Source: Mobula hypostoma
Lineage: Eukaryota
Assembly: GCF_963921235.1 (NCBI RefSeq)
Contig: NC_086097.1
Coordinates: forward strand, 17,608,001 to 17,672,000
Length of the DNA: 64,000 nt
Reading direction: 5' to 3'
The position numbers were made by a program, and so were the translations under genes. Of the stretch, positions 25,200-38,869 are shown one piece after another (the first letter of the stretch is position 1; the number at the start of each line of letters is the position of its first letter). The notes under the pieces are model-generated. The model was not told where the DNA came from, ran no database searches, and worked only from the letters and a program-made list of their open reading frames with translations.

Positions 25200-26942
25200 T
25201 AGTGTCATAGAACACTATAGAACAAAAACAATTCCTTCAGCCCATTTAGTAGATGCTAAACTATTAATTTTCCTAGTGCCATTAATCTACACCTGGAACA
25301 TAAACCTCCATAACCCTCCCATTAATGTACTTACCCAAATTTCTCTTAAATGTTGAAATCGAACTCTCACTATCCTCTGAGTGAAGATGTTCCTGCTCAT
25401 ATTCCCCTTACCCATGATTTCTAGATTCACTCAACCTCAGTGGAAAAGGCCTGCATGCATTTTACCCTCAATTTTGTATACTGTACCTCTTTTAAATTAC
25501 CCCTCATTCTCCTACGCTTCAGGGAATAAAGTCCTAAGTTATTCAATCTTTCCCTACAACTCAGGCACTCAAGTCCTGGCAACATCCTGGTAAATTTTCT
25601 CTGCACTCTTTCAATATTATCAATATATTTTGGCCTTTTCTCCTTGGAGCAACAGAGGATGAGAGGTGACCTGACAGAGGTGTACAAAATAATGGGAGGC
25701 ATTCATCGTGTGGATAGTCAGAGGCTTTTTCCCAAGGCTGAAATGGCTGCCACAAGAGGGCACAGGTTTAAGGTGCTTGGGAGTAGGTACAGAGGAGATG
25801 TCAGGGGTAAGCGTTTTACGCAGAGAGTGGTGAGTGCGTGGAATGGACTGCCAACAACGTTGGTGGAAAAGGATACAATAGGGTCTTTTAAGAGACTTTT
25901 GGATAGGTACATGGAGTTTAGAAAAATAGAGGGCTATGGGTAACCCTAGTAATTTCTAAGGTAGGGACATGTTCGGCACAACTTTGTGGATCAAAGGGCC
26001 TGTATTGTGCTAAAGATTTTCTGTGTTTCTATCTCCTGTAGGTAGGTGACCAGAACTGCACAAAATACTCCAAATTAGGCCTCACCATTGTTTTGACATC
26101 TCTGGCATTACATCCCAGCTCCTATACTCAGTACTTTAATTTTTGAAGTCTAATGTGCCAAAAGCTCTCTTTAAGACCCAAGCTACTTGTGACGCCACCT
26201 TCAAGGAATTATAGATCTGAACTCCAAGATCCCTCTGCTCTGCCACATTCCTCAGTGCCAAACTGCACACCATGTAAATCCTACCCAGGTTTGTCCTCTC
26301 AAAGTGTAACACCTCACACTTCTCTGCATTAAATTCCATCTGCCATTTCTCATCCCATTTTTCCAGCTAGTCTAGATCCTGCTGTAAGCTTTGATAGCCT
26401 TCCTTGCTCTTCACTATGCCCCTAACCTTGGTGAAATCCACAAATTTGCTAATCCAGTTTGCTACATTATCATTCAGGTCGTTGATATAGAAGACGAATA
26501 AGAATGGACCCAGCACACCTGTAACACACCACTGGTACCAGGCTTCCAGTCAGAAAGAACCATCTGCTACCACTCTCTGGCCTCTCCTGCAAAACCAGTG
26601 TCTAATCCAATTTACTACCAAATCCTGAATGCCAAGCGACTGAACCTTCTTGACCAATGTCCCAGGTGTACCTTGTCAAAGGCCTTACTAAAGTCCATGT
26701 AGACAATATCCCCTGCCTTTCCTTTATCAACTTTCTTGGTAACTTCCTTGAAAAACTCTGTAAGATTGGTTAGACACAACCTACCACACAAAACTATGTT
26801 GTCTATTCCTAATCAGTACCTGAATATCCAAATGCTTATATATCTGGTTCCTCGGAATACCTTCCAATAACTTGCCCACTACTGATGTCAGACTCACTGA
26901 CATATTTTCCTGGCTTATTTTTTGAGCCTTTCCTAAACAATG
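25200..26942 (-). mobile_element. CR1 RT/3' fragment interrupted by a + strand CR1 3' fragment (about 25630-26032)
   Basis: IERVQRKFTRMLPG and MEFNAEKCEVLHF on the minus strand. RMRGDLTEVYKIM on the plus strand. Confidence 0.85.
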
Positions 26943-27692
26943 GATCTATTACTGCTTGATATGGCAACTGCTCTGTCTGTGACTTCAAAAAAAAAGTGTA
27001 TAAAGTGTCGATACAGCTGTGCACATCTCAGCTTCTCCTCCTAGTCTCCGTCTATACCTCGTTGTCTCAGTAAATCAGCCAGCATAATCAAAGCTTCACA
27101 CACACCCTAGACATTCTCTCTTCTGCCCTCTCCCATCAGGCAAAAGATACAAAAGCCTGAAAATATGTATCACCAGGATCAAGGAGAGCTTCTACCCCAC
27201 TGTTATAAGACTATTGAGTGGTTCCTTTGATAAGATGAACTCTTCAGCTCAATCTACCTTATTGTATGCATACATCTTATTGTCTATATGTACTGCACTT
27301 TCTCTGTAGCTGTTGCATTTTATTCTGCGTTCTGTGCTGTTTTACCTGGTACTGCCTCAAATCACTGTAATGATTTGATTTGTATGAATATTGGTACATG
27401 TTAAACCAATAAACCAATTCCAATATTTTAACCAAAAGACTATTTGTTTGAGAAAAGGGAAAGGCTGAACAATGAACCTCTTAGCAAAAATAAAAAATAG
27501 TAAATTGTATAAAGAGTGGAAAATTTGATAATAGTTATTAAGTAATAATCTAACAAATCAAGTACAAATCAAAATAAAGGAAATTAATTGCTTTCAATTA
27601 TCTTTTGAGTTTCATCATGTGTAATAAAATTCCTGTTCTTGATCCTAGAGTTTGAGCACATGTAATTAATTACCAGCTTAATTGTATTGTAG

Positions 27693-27884
27693 ATTTTTGC
27701 CAGATCCCATGTTTGAATGGAGGATATTGCATTGGAAGGGACAAGTGCTGGTGCCCATCAAACTCAACAGGGAAGTTCTGCCATCTTCCGATACCTCGTG
27801 AAAAACAGACAGTGGCAAAGACATCACGTGCAGATTCTTCTAACACACAGTCTGTTTACACTCTCCCTCTTTCTAATCAGCCAG
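27693..27884 (+). CDS. LTBP2: LTBP2 internal coding exon (EGF-like domain), phase 1-1, 192 nt; this frame is absent from the ORF track
   Basis: Acceptor ttgtAG at 27691-27692 and donor GTAAAT at 27885. T306 plus AT gives Tyr. Reads [64 protein letters not shown]: a six-Cys EGF plus the LTBP2 motif YTLPLSNQ. Confidence 0.95.
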
Positions 27885-27904
27885 GTAAATAATTTCATTC
27901 AATT

Positions 27905-28147
27905 GTCTTTGTTGGAGATGTTAGGGTTAAGTTTTTTTTAATGCAGAGAGTGGTGAATGCATGGAATGGGCTGCCGGTGATGGTGGTGGAGGCGGATACA
28001 ATAGGGTATTTTAAGAGACTCCTGGATAGGCACATGCAGCTTAGAAAAATGGGCAACCCTAGGTAATTTCGAAAGTACGTACATGTTGGGCACAGCATTG
28101 TGGGCCAAAGGGCCTGTATTGTGCTGTAGGTTTTCTACATTTCTATG
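27905..28147 (+). mobile_element. CR1 3' fragment ~20 nt downstream of the LTBP2 donor
   Basis: Similar to 25795-26030 and 57740-57990 (cagagagtggtg..gcatggaatg, aagggcctgtattgtg). Confidence 0.85.
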
Positions 28148-28499
28148 AATCATTCATGTTTATGTGGTGATAATTTGAAAAAGTGTGTGTCATCATTTGT
28201 GTCAGATTTCTAGTCTGGAATTCTTAAAACTGCGCAGTAACACAACTGATATTTCAATGTAAACGTAAAATACATAGGATTACACATTCATTTATTCCAC
28301 AAGAAAACACTTGAAAAAATTTGCTTGTTGTACGTACTCAGATGCATGCAGGTATGAATTTTTGGATTCATTTTTAAGATTAATTTTTGAGATCAGACCA
28401 TTGCCAGTATTTATTGTCAACTACCAATGCTCAGTTCCAGTAATGAGAGTTCTTATTAATTTTGAAAACAAAAAGTGGGTGGGGGAATGAGATAGCCTT

Positions 28500-31270
28500 A
28501 CCAAATTAGATTAAAAAGAATCCAAAGATATTTTGACTATATTCAGGGAAAAAAGAGTAACTCAGGAGAGAATAGAGACCCTCAAAGAACAAAGCGGACA
28601 TCTATGTTTGGAGCTACAAAGTCTTCAATGAATACATCTCCTCTCTTTTCACTGTGAAGAATGACATGAAATCTTCAGAATGGGGGAAATTTAGTGGGGT
28701 TGTTTTAGGGACAGTCCACATTACAGTAAAAGACACTGTATATTTTAAAAATGTTTGAAGCAGACAAATCTCTGGGGCCTGACCAGGTATATTCAAGAAC
28801 ACTCTAAAGGGCTAGAAAAGAAACAAGCGGGGCCCTGTATGAGATAGTTGCATCATCGTTAGCCACAGATGAAGTCCTGGAAGGCTGCATGGTAATGAAT
28901 GCTGTGCTTTTATTTAAGAAGGGTTGCAAAGAAAAACCTGGGAACTCTAGACCAGTAAATTACTGGAGAAGATTCTGAGCAATAAGATGTATATGTATTT
29001 GGAGAGGTAGAGTGTAATTAGGGATAGTCGGCATGGGTTTGTGTCTTACGAACTAGGCTGATTTGCTTCATAATATGATCAAGAAGGTCAATGAGGGAAG
29101 AATAATATGGACTTCAGGCCTTTGATACAGTTCTATATAGTAGTTGCGCTGAAAGGTTAAATTATATCGAACCTAGGGAGAAGAGGCTCATTGAGTACAC
29201 AGTTGGCTTGATAGTAGGAAGCAGAGAGTGATGGTGAAAGGATTTTTCTCTCAAACTGGAGGCCCATGGAGGCACTGACCTCACCAATAATGAAGTGTTT
29301 TGAATGTCAGGTTATGGATTGCATTAAATCCCATCTTCCTGCTACACTGGTCCCTTTCCGGTTCACTTATTGCTCAAATCAGTACACTGATAATGCCATA
29401 GTCTTTGTACTCCATTCCATTCTGCCCCACCTGGAATATAGTGCTTCATATGCCAGAAATGCTATTTATTGACACTTAATATGTTCATCCCTCAGAAGCT
29501 GGTGGGTAAACTGTCCTTGTTGGGTCTCACTACCTCTCTCAGTAATTGGATCTTGGACTCCTTGATAGAAAGACCATAATTAGTTATGTTGGCAGTAACC
29601 TCTCCAGCTCCATCATTGTGAGCACTGGCACCCAACAGGTCTGTGTGCTCAGCCCATTGCTGTTCACTCTGCTGTTGTACGATTATGGACTTTAGGAAAG
29701 TGTAGGCTGACCACACTTCAGTACACATAAACAGCTGTTTCATGGGGAGAGTTAGGAGCACCAAGTTTTTGGGAGTGCACATAATGAAAAATCTCAACTA
29801 GTCCCTCAACACCACCTCTTTAGTCAAGAAAGCGCAGCAATGTCTCCATTTCCTGAGGAGATTGAGATGAATGAGGCACCACCCCTCCCCCATTCTAACC
29901 AATTTTTACAGGAGTACCATTAAGAGTGTCCTGACCAGCTGCATCATTGTCTGGTATGGAAATTACAAGGCATATGACTGCAAGACCCTGCAAAAGATTG
30001 TGAGGACTGCTGAGATGATCTTCATGCTCTCCTCCACTCATCTACGATACTTGAGCAGGAGCACTGTGTACACTGGGCCCCTAGCATTGTCAATGATCCA
30101 TCCAACAATCTCTTTGACCTTTACCTCAGGCAGGAAGGTACTGAAGCATTTGGACAAAAACTGATGGGATGGGAAACAGCTTCTTCCCCAGGCCATGAGA
30201 CTACTGAACTCCCTGCCACCACCCAGGTCTCACCACATATGAAGTGCCAACAGCATTATATTGTTTACTTTTTAACTTGCAATGTCACTTCACTTTATTA
30301 TTTGTTAATTTTTTTGTGGTAATATTACTTTATGCGTTGTGTATGAGTTATATGACCCATGTTGCACCTTGGTCTTGTTTCATTTGCTGGTACACATGTA
30401 TACAGTTGAAGTGACAATGAACTTGAACTTACATGGTGTATCTCAGGGGCTGGTGCTATCTGTCATCTATATCAGCAGTTTGGTTGAGAATATACAAGGC
30501 ATGTTCAGTAAATTTTCAGATGTTACTAAAATAGTATCAGTGACAGTGAAGATGGTTATCAAAAATTACAAGGGAATCTTGATCAGCTAGGTAAGTGGCC
30601 TAGGAATGGCAAATAGGGTTTCATTCGGGTAATTGCAAGGTGTTGCATGTTGGAAGGTCAAATCAGGATGGGACTTGCACAAGGGGTGTTGTTGAACAGA
30701 AGGACTTTGGAGTTTAACTACATTGTTGAAATTCTGTGATCTGCAAGTTCTTGGGGTTGATACTCAGAGGTCAACAAGGTGTGAAGGGCAAAGCAGATGG
30801 TTGAAGCCCCAGATCTACTTTTCCAGAAGTCAGAGGCCTGATGTCTTAGAGACAGGCCAGGGACTGGATGTTGGTGGCCTGATATCTGTGAGTTTGAAGG
30901 TCCAGAGATAAGAACTAGAGTCCCAGAAGTGGTCTGTCCTGGGGTTAAAGATATGTCTGTGTGTGACTGGGTGGAATAGGGGCTTGTTTTACTGTTGTTT
31001 GTTTTGTTGTTCCTGCTTGTGTTGTTTTGCCAAATATTGTGGGCATGCTAGTGCAATCTGTGGCAACAGTTGAGGACTACCCCCTACACACCCTTAGGTT
31101 GGTTGTTAATGAAAATGATGCATTTCATGGAGTTTTTGGTACACAAGATAAATAAATTTGAATCTGGTTCCAGGCAAGTAAGAGTCACCGTTCAGCAGGG
31201 TGGTGAAGATGGCTTTTGGCATGCTGCCTTTCCCCAGTTAAGGGCATTGAGTGCAAAAGTTGGGAGATTA
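28500..31270 (+). mobile_element. Old CR1 ORF2 remnant split by a Rex1/Babar-like insertion (about 29266-30430) and another insert (about 30720-31170)
   Basis: CR1 breaks at ctggaggcc (29265) and resumes near GVSQG (30435). The Rex part shows ALTSPIMKCFE, KKAQQCLHFLRRL and NFYRSTIKSVLTSCI. Confidence 0.7.
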
Positions 31271-31279
31271 TAGAGCCAT

Positions 31280-32250
31280 AGTACTAGTTTCACCCAACCA
31301 CAGTGGAAAAAGTCTGCATTTACCTCTCATAATTTTGTCTATTTCTATCAAACCTCCCTCAGTCTATGTTCTAAGGATTAAAGTCATAACCTATTCAATT
31401 TTTCCTTACAACTCAGGGCCTCCATTCTTAGCAACATCCTTGTAAATTTTTTCTGTATTCTTTCAACCTTACTTGCATTTTTCCTGTAGATAAAAGTCCA
31501 AAACTGCACACAATAATCAAAAATAGGCATCACCAACATCTTATATAAATTTGCTTTATGAAGTCAATGTGCCAAAAACTTCCTTGAAGATGCTATCCAC
31601 CTGTGACGTCACTTTCAACAAATTATGGGCTTATATTCTCAGATCCCTTGCACAGTATTTCTTGGTGCACTACTATTCACTGTGTAAGGCCTACCTTGGT
31701 TTGTCCTATCAACATTAGGCTCACCAGATTACAATTTTCTGGTTTATTTTTAGCGCGTTTCTTAAACAGTGGAACAACATTAGCCGTCCTCTAATCCTCT
31801 AGTACCTCACCTGTCGCTAAGGATGATTTAAATACCTCTGCTAGGGCCGATGCAGTTTTTGTACTTGCCTCGCGCAGGGTCTAAGGGAATACCTCATCAG
31901 GTCCTGTGGATTATCCACCTTAATTCCCTCAAGACCTTCTTCTCTGTATTCTGTATAGGGTCCATGAACTCTATGCTGTTTTACCTCACTACTCTTGACT
32001 GTGTCTGTCTCCTGAGTAAATTCAGATGCAAAAAATCCATTTAACATTTCCTCCATCAGTTTTGCCCTACACATGGTTACCATTCTGATCTTCAGTGGAC
32101 CAATTTTGTCCCTTGTAATCCTTTTGCTCTTAACATATCTTTAAAAGTCTTCAGGATTTTTCTTCACTTGTCTGCTGAGGCAACTCATGCCTTTTAGCCC
32201 TCCTGATTTCTTTTTATTTTGTTCTCCTGCATTTCTTATACTCCACCAAA
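31280..32250 (-). mobile_element. CR1 fragments with internal deletions
   Basis: EMLNGFFASEFTQE linker plus RT and 3' remnants. Confidence 0.7.
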
Positions 32251-32251
32251 G

Positions 32252-35243
32252 CGTAAGATATAGGAGCAGAATTAAGCCATTTGGCTCATCGAGTCTGTTC
32301 CTCCATTGCATCATGGCTGATCCAGTTTTCCTCTCAGCCCCAATCAGGGCACGCCATTCATGCCCTGACCAATTAAGAATCTATCAACTTCTGCTTTAAA
32401 TATACATAAAGACGGCTTCCACACCTGCCTGTGGCAAAGTATTCCACAGGTTCACTCCGGCTAGAGAAACTCCTCCTCATCGTTGTTCTAAAAGGACCCC
32501 CCTCTTTTCTGGAGCTGTGTCCTCTGGTCTTAGACTCTCCCACCATAGGAAACATCCTCACCATATCCACTCTCTCAAGGTCTTTCACCATTGAATAGGT
32601 TTCAGTGAGGTCAACCTTCATTCTTTTGAATTCTAGTGAATGCAGGCCTAGAGCCATCAAACACTCTTCATTTGACAAAACATTCAATTCTGGAATCATT
32701 TTTGTGAACCTCCTTTGAACCCTCTCCAGTTTCAGCATATCCTTTCAGCTGACATTGCATTTGCCTTCCTCACCACAGAATCGACCAGCAAATTAGGGAA
32801 TCTTGCACAAGCACTCCCAAGTCCCTTTGAACTTCAGTTTTTTTTGTATTTTCTCTCCTTTTAGAAAATGGTTAACTCTTTCATTTTTTCTACCAAAGTG
32901 TATGACTATACACTTCCCAACACTGCATTCCGTCTACCATTTCTTTGCCCCTCCAGTTACCTTCATATTGTCTGCAAACTTTGCAACAAAGCCATCAATT
33001 CCATCATCCAAATCATTGAGATATAATGGTAAAAGAATTGGCCCCAACACAGACCTCTGTAGAACACCATTAGTCACCGGCAGCCAGCCAGAAAAGGTTT
33101 CCTTTATTCCCACTCTTTGCTTCATGCCAATTTGCCTTATCCATGCTAGAATCTTTCCTGTAATACTGTAATGAATTCTATAATAGCTTGTTAAGCAGCC
33201 TCGTGTGGCACCTGAAAGGCCTTCTGAAAATCCAAGTACACAGTGTTAACTGATTCTCCTTTGTATATCCTGCTTGTTATTTCTTCAAAGAATTCCAACA
33301 GGCAAGATTTTCTCTTGAGGAAACCATGCTGACTATGGCCTAGTTTGTCATGTGTTTCCAAGTAACCCAAGACCTCATCCTTATGATCACTTACCCCTTA
33401 GGGTTCTTTTACTTTAAGCTCTCTAATCAATTCTGATTTGTTGCACAACACCCAATCTAGAATGACTGATCCTCTAGTGGGCTCAGCCATGAGCTGCTCC
33501 AAAAAGCCATCTTGCAGACACTCCAGAAAGTCCCTCTCTTTGAATCCAACACCAACCTGATTTTCCCCAATCTACCTGCATAATGAAATCCCCATGACTA
33601 TTGTAACATTCTCCTGTTGGCATGCGTTTTCTACCTCTCATTGTAATTTGTATACCACATCCTTATGGTTTGGGAGTCTGTATACAACTTCCATCAATGT
33701 CTTTTTACCCTTGCAGTTTCTTAACTCTATTGACAATGATTCAACACCTTACGACCATATGTCACCTCTTTCTAAAGATTAGATTTCATTTTTTTTAAAC
33801 AGAGCAGCACCACCCCTCTGTATTCCTGCCTTTCCTTTTGAAAAATGTGTATCCTTGGACATCAAGCTCCGGTTATAATATTCTTTCAGCCATGATTCAG
33901 TGATACCTACAACAGCATTCATGCCAATCTGTAACTGTGCTACAAATTCATCTACTTTATTCTATATACTGCACTCTTTCATGTACACCTCCAGTCCTTT
34001 ATTCACCCTTTTTGATTTTCTCCACCTTTATGTTGCAGTTCCTCGTGTTGACTGCAATTTTGCCCTGTCAACAGCCTCTCCTCACTACACACTGCCTCTG
34101 TTTGTAAACAAGCTACCTCACCTTCAGTACTATCAGTCCAGTTCCCATACTCCTGCCAAATTAATTTAAACCCTCCCAAACAACTCTACCCAACCTATTC
34201 ACAGAGATATGGGATTCCCTCTGGTTCAGATGTAACCTATCCCTTTTGCACAGGTCTTACCTTGCCCAGAAGAGATCCCAATGATCCATAAATCTGAACC
34301 TCTGCTCCCTGCACCAGTTCCTCAGCCACACATTCACCTAACAAATTATCCTATTCTTCCCCTCATTGGCACATGACACAGACAGCAACCAAAAGATTAC
34401 TAACCTGGATATCCTGTTTCTCAGTTTTCTACATAGCTCTCTAAGATCTTTTTTCATGACTTCCTCACCTCGTCTACCTATGTCATTGGTGCCAGTATGC
34501 ACCAAAACTTCTGGCTGCTCACCCTCACCCTTCTGAATGCTATGCCCAGATACAAGACATCCCTGATCTGGCAGCAGGGAGACAACATACCATCATAGAG
34601 TACTTATCACATTCAGAGAACCTCATCTGTGTTTCTCTGACTTGGGAATCTCCTTTCAACACTGCAGTCCTCTTCACCTCTCTGCTCTTCTGAGCCACAG
34701 CACCTTTACTCAGGGCCAGTAACCCAGTCACTGTGGCTATCTCCTGGTTGGTCATCACCCTCAATAGTATTGAAATTTGTATACTTATTACTGAAGGCAA
34801 TGGCCACCGGTGTACACTACACTGGCTGTGCATATCCCTTCCTTCTCCTGACATTCATCCAGTTCCCTCTCTCCTGCAATCTAGGGGTGACTACCTCCCT
34901 GTAGCTCTTGTCTATCACTTCCTCTTTCTTCCATATTAGTCATAGGTCATTGTGCTGCAGCTCCAGTTACAGTTCCTTGATACATTCCCTTAGGAGCTGC
35001 AGCTCAGTACACCTGGTGCATATGTGTTTATCCAAGTGTTTCAAGGTCTCCCAGACTTTCCACATCCCTCATTCAGTACAAAACACTGCCATTAGAGCCA
35101 TTCTCACTAAACTTCTATGCCATAACAGACAAGGAATAAACAAATAAGAATAGAAAGAGAGTACCTTACCAGACAGTTAACCTCATTCAAGTCTGATCTT
35201 GCCTAAGCCTCTCTAAACATTGGCACACTCACAAAAATGGCTG
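32252..35243 (-). mobile_element. Internally deleted near-full-length CR1 (ORF1 with SGNH-esterase-like region, APE, RT, tail)
   Basis: VLKGDSQVR..MVCCLPAAR (ORF1 esterase-like), GDF (APE), KFADNMK and LERVQRRFTKMIP. The 5' UTR continues past the Nimb insert at 37959-38195. Confidence 0.82.
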
Positions 35244-35256
35244 CTCAAAAACTGCT

Positions 35257-37945
35257 GCTGTTGCTTCTTCTCCGTCTTGTTTTACGGCGGTTGGCACCCA
35301 ATTTTATGATGCATTACCACCACCTTCTGCTCTGGAGTATGCAATAGACTTACATTCTAAATCCCTTCACCCAATCACACACACATACATACCCTAACCT
35401 ACACTTTATTCTCCCATCTTTGGCCATCCTAGTAGTCTATTCCTGCTTATCCATCATATCCTATATAAAAAAAAAACCCTGTATACCTTAAGAAAGCTAA
35501 AAATACCCTGACCTGTGCTGTCTCACCCATGCCCAGCAACCCTTTTAATGTGAATTCCGGCACCCCCAATTCCCTTTGATTAATTCTCATCATCTCTCTG
35601 TACCCCATACTTCCTGCAACTCATAACAACATGTTCTACTGACTCCTTTTCGTGACATTCCTCACACAATTCTGTCTAGTGTTTCGCTATCATTTTCAAT
35701 GTTTTGTTTAACGCACAGTGCCCCAGCCTTAACCTAGTCCACACAGTCCTCTCTTCTGTATCCACTATCATAGAAACATAGAAAATAGGTGCAGGAATAG
35801 GCCATTCGGCCCTTTGAGCCTGCACCGCCATTCAGTATGATCATGGCTGATCATCCAACTCAGAACCCAGTACCTGCAATACTCTTTTGTATTTGATATA
35901 AATGCCCCCCGTTTCCCCTCACTGCCCCATCTTTCTTGCCACATTAGGTTGTTTTTTTCCCAGATTACACACTTGACCTCTGCTTTACTGATACTAATGT
36001 GCATTTCTATATTTTCTTTCTTTAACGCCCTCTTTGCCAACTCATCCACCCTCTCATTCCTCTTCACCTCTACATGTGCTGGAACCCACAAATTTTACCT
36101 GACCTCCCTGATTTGCAACTCTTGTGACTGACTGAAGGACTTCATAAAGTACATCTTGCCGACTGTTTGAGTGAAAAGACCTTAAACTTGCTAGAACTGA
36201 GAATGAATCTGAGCATATCAACACTTTGACTTGTCTAGCTTTCTCCGCCCATCGCAACGCAACCAACACTGCCAGCATCTCCACTGTATACACCCCTAAC
36301 TTATTAGATGTTCTTCTGCTGATTCCAATTTCTTTTGCTGGTGCAACCATCCCAAACCCCGTCACTCCTGTTTCAGGTTCCTTAGCACCATCCGTATAAA
36401 TCTGAGTATAATCACTATACTTTTCCATCACATGACAGTCAAATGCACTTACCAAATCGATTTCATATTTTCCTTTCCTTCTTACCTCTAAAAATTGCCA
36501 GTCTATGTCAGGCCATACAATCTTCCATGGAGCTACAACTGGATAAACCACTGAAGCACTTATTCTTAGATCAAACACTCCACATTCTTTAGCAATATTC
36601 CCTACCTGACTAAAGTTATCCCTCTGAAACCTCCCATTTTCCCAGCACTCCTGCAACACTCCTTTTGCAGGGTGAGAATCATTGTGCCCCTGCAAATTAG
36701 CCCCGTAGTTTTCCATCAATTGCATCCTTCATAGTTCCAAAGGCATTACTCCCACTTCTACCTGTAGGGCTAATACTGGTGATATTTTAAAAGCCCCACT
36801 GCACACTCTCAAAGCCTGAGCCTGAGTCACATCCAGTTTCCTTATATGAGACCTAGCTGTTGATCCATATGCTATATTTCCATAGTCCAACACAGATCTT
36901 ACGAAAGCCACATACATTCTCTTCAATGCTAAACAACTTGCTCCCCATTCCCTACCAGTCAAACATCTCATCACATTTATTACTTTTTTACATTTCTCCT
37001 CAACTTTCCTGATATGGTCTGCCCATGTTAATCGTGAATCAAATATAACTCCCAAAAATGTAAATGATCCAACCCTTTCTAATTCAATCCCATACATCCT
37101 TAACTTCTTTCCTACCTCAATTCTTTTCCTGGTGAAAAATACAGTTTGGGTTTTTTTCTACTGAAAATCTACATCCTGAATCATAACCCCACTCCACCAC
37201 TTCATCAATTGCTCCTTGTAGTTTCCTAATTATATGGTCCATGTTCCTGCCTGTTTTCCACAAGGCCCCATCATCCACAAACAGTGACCTACATATATCC
37301 ACTGGTACCCTTGTGAAGACGTCATTGATCATAATGATGAAAAGTAATGGGCTAATCACACTACCTTGAGGTGTGCCATTTCCCACTATGTACTGATTTG
37401 ATAATTCTGATCCAATCCAAATTCAAATTTTTCTACCAAACAAAAATCTTTAATCCAATTAAAAACTCTCCCACCAACCCCCATTTTGTGCGTTTAATTA
37501 ACGATCCTTCCTTCCACATCATATCATAGGCTTTTTCTATGTTAGAAAAACACAGCAACTATTGACTCTTTATTTGCCTGGTCCTTTCTTATTTCAGTCT
37601 CTAACCTTATCACTGAGTCCATGGAATTCCTTCCCTTCCTAACACCACTCTGATAATTTGTCAGCATTCTCCTCTTCTCAAGCTCATATGGTAACATTTC
37701 TGTTATCATCCTTTATCTTGCATATATTTGATGTTAATGCTATTGGTCTGTAGCTAGTGGGTTTTGATGGATCCTTGCCAGGTTTCCTTATTAGAATTAT
37801 TACTGCTTCTTTCCATGCACTTGGTAATCTTCCCTCCTCCCACACTCTGTTATAAAAATGCAGCAACTTAAGAGCGCTCCATCTCCTAGATATTTTTAGC
37901 ATAACATAGCATATCAGATCTTTCCCTGGGGAGGTTGGTCTCAAT
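35257..37945 (-). mobile_element. Nimb/I-group LINE (RT and RNase H), 5'-truncated, frameshifted
   Basis: SYRPIALTS, GTPQGSVISPLLF, LFVDD, and RNase H motifs IYTDG / TVEM / CSDS / WVPAHV..NERVDELAK. 3' end gccaaccgccgtaaaa..gaagaag. Probable TSD CTCAAA(A/G)ACTGCT at 35244-35256 and 37946-37958. A CR1 tail is inserted at about 35767-35875. Confidence 0.88.
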
Positions 37946-38019
37946 CTCAAAGACTGCTTGCACCTGTGCTATTTTTATTGGCCTTTCTAATTAATCCCTT
38001 TTGCTGATTGGTCACTACT

Positions 38020-38195
38020 CAACTCAGAGAAACTGCCATGAAGCTCTGAGTTTAAAATTTTGAGCGCTTTTCTGATTGAAAGCTAGCTCTTTTTACGCAC
38101 ACCCTGATGTTGATTGTCCAACTCAGAGAAAACTGCCTAGAAGCTCCACTTATTAAACCTTGAACACAGACCTGACTGAAGTGCAGCTCTTTTTA
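38020..38195. repeat. Two diverged ~100-bp tandem units (CR1 5' UTR-type repeat)
   Basis: aactcagagaaa(a)ctgcc..gaagctc..agctcttttta at about 38021 and 38120. Confidence 0.65.
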
Positions 38196-38869
38196 TACCT
38201 GCTACTGATATGTATCAGTATATATGTTACCTTATGTATTTATATTTATTGTGTTATTTTTATTATTGTGTTCTTTGCTGCATTCGATATGGAGTAACAA
38301 ATATTTCATTCTCCTTTCCATTTGTGTACTAGAAAGTACATTAAACAATCTTGCATCTTATAGCGTATATAACATTATGAGGAACATAGGGAAAGTGGAT
38401 GCACTCATTTCTTTTTCCAGGGTAACATAGTCAAATACTCATTGGCATAGATTTACACAGGATTTAATAAGAACACAAAAGGTGGTGCATATAGAAAATG
38501 AACTGCCAGAGAAACTGGTTGAGGCAGGTATAGAATAACTTTTAAATGGCAGTTGGACAAGTATGTGATAGGAATGGCTTCGAAGTTTATGGACCAAATG
38601 AGTTCAAGTGCGACTGGCTCAGTTAGGCACTTTATTTGGCACAGACCAGTGGGTTTGAAGGGTCCATTTCTGTGCTGTATACCTATAATTGCCATTGATG
38701 GTGAGCCACTTTGGAACTGCTGCAATTCTACCAAATGACGTGTTATTGAACGGGAGGTTCAAGAATCTGTACTGTGTCAGATGATGTTTTTCCAAGTCAA
38801 GATGGTAAGCAGTTTGGAGGGAAACATGGCCCTGTTAGCCTTGTCATACACTCATAGAGTCGTATAGCT

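Larger units (their letters stand above)
24070..27422 (+). mobile_element. Rex1/Babar-like LINE (24070-24696 and ~26943-27422) split by nested CR1 insertions
   Basis: [37 protein letters not shown] and KKAYQCLYFFR. Resumes with IT(A)xYGNC. Tail (accaat)-like. Confidence 0.8.

Noticed and set aside
35768..36725. Retroviral/LTR element or cellular RNase H gene
   Set aside because: It follows a non-LTR RT (SYRPIALTS, TPQGS), has no LTRs or integrase, and is frameshifted, so it is a Nimb/I LINE.
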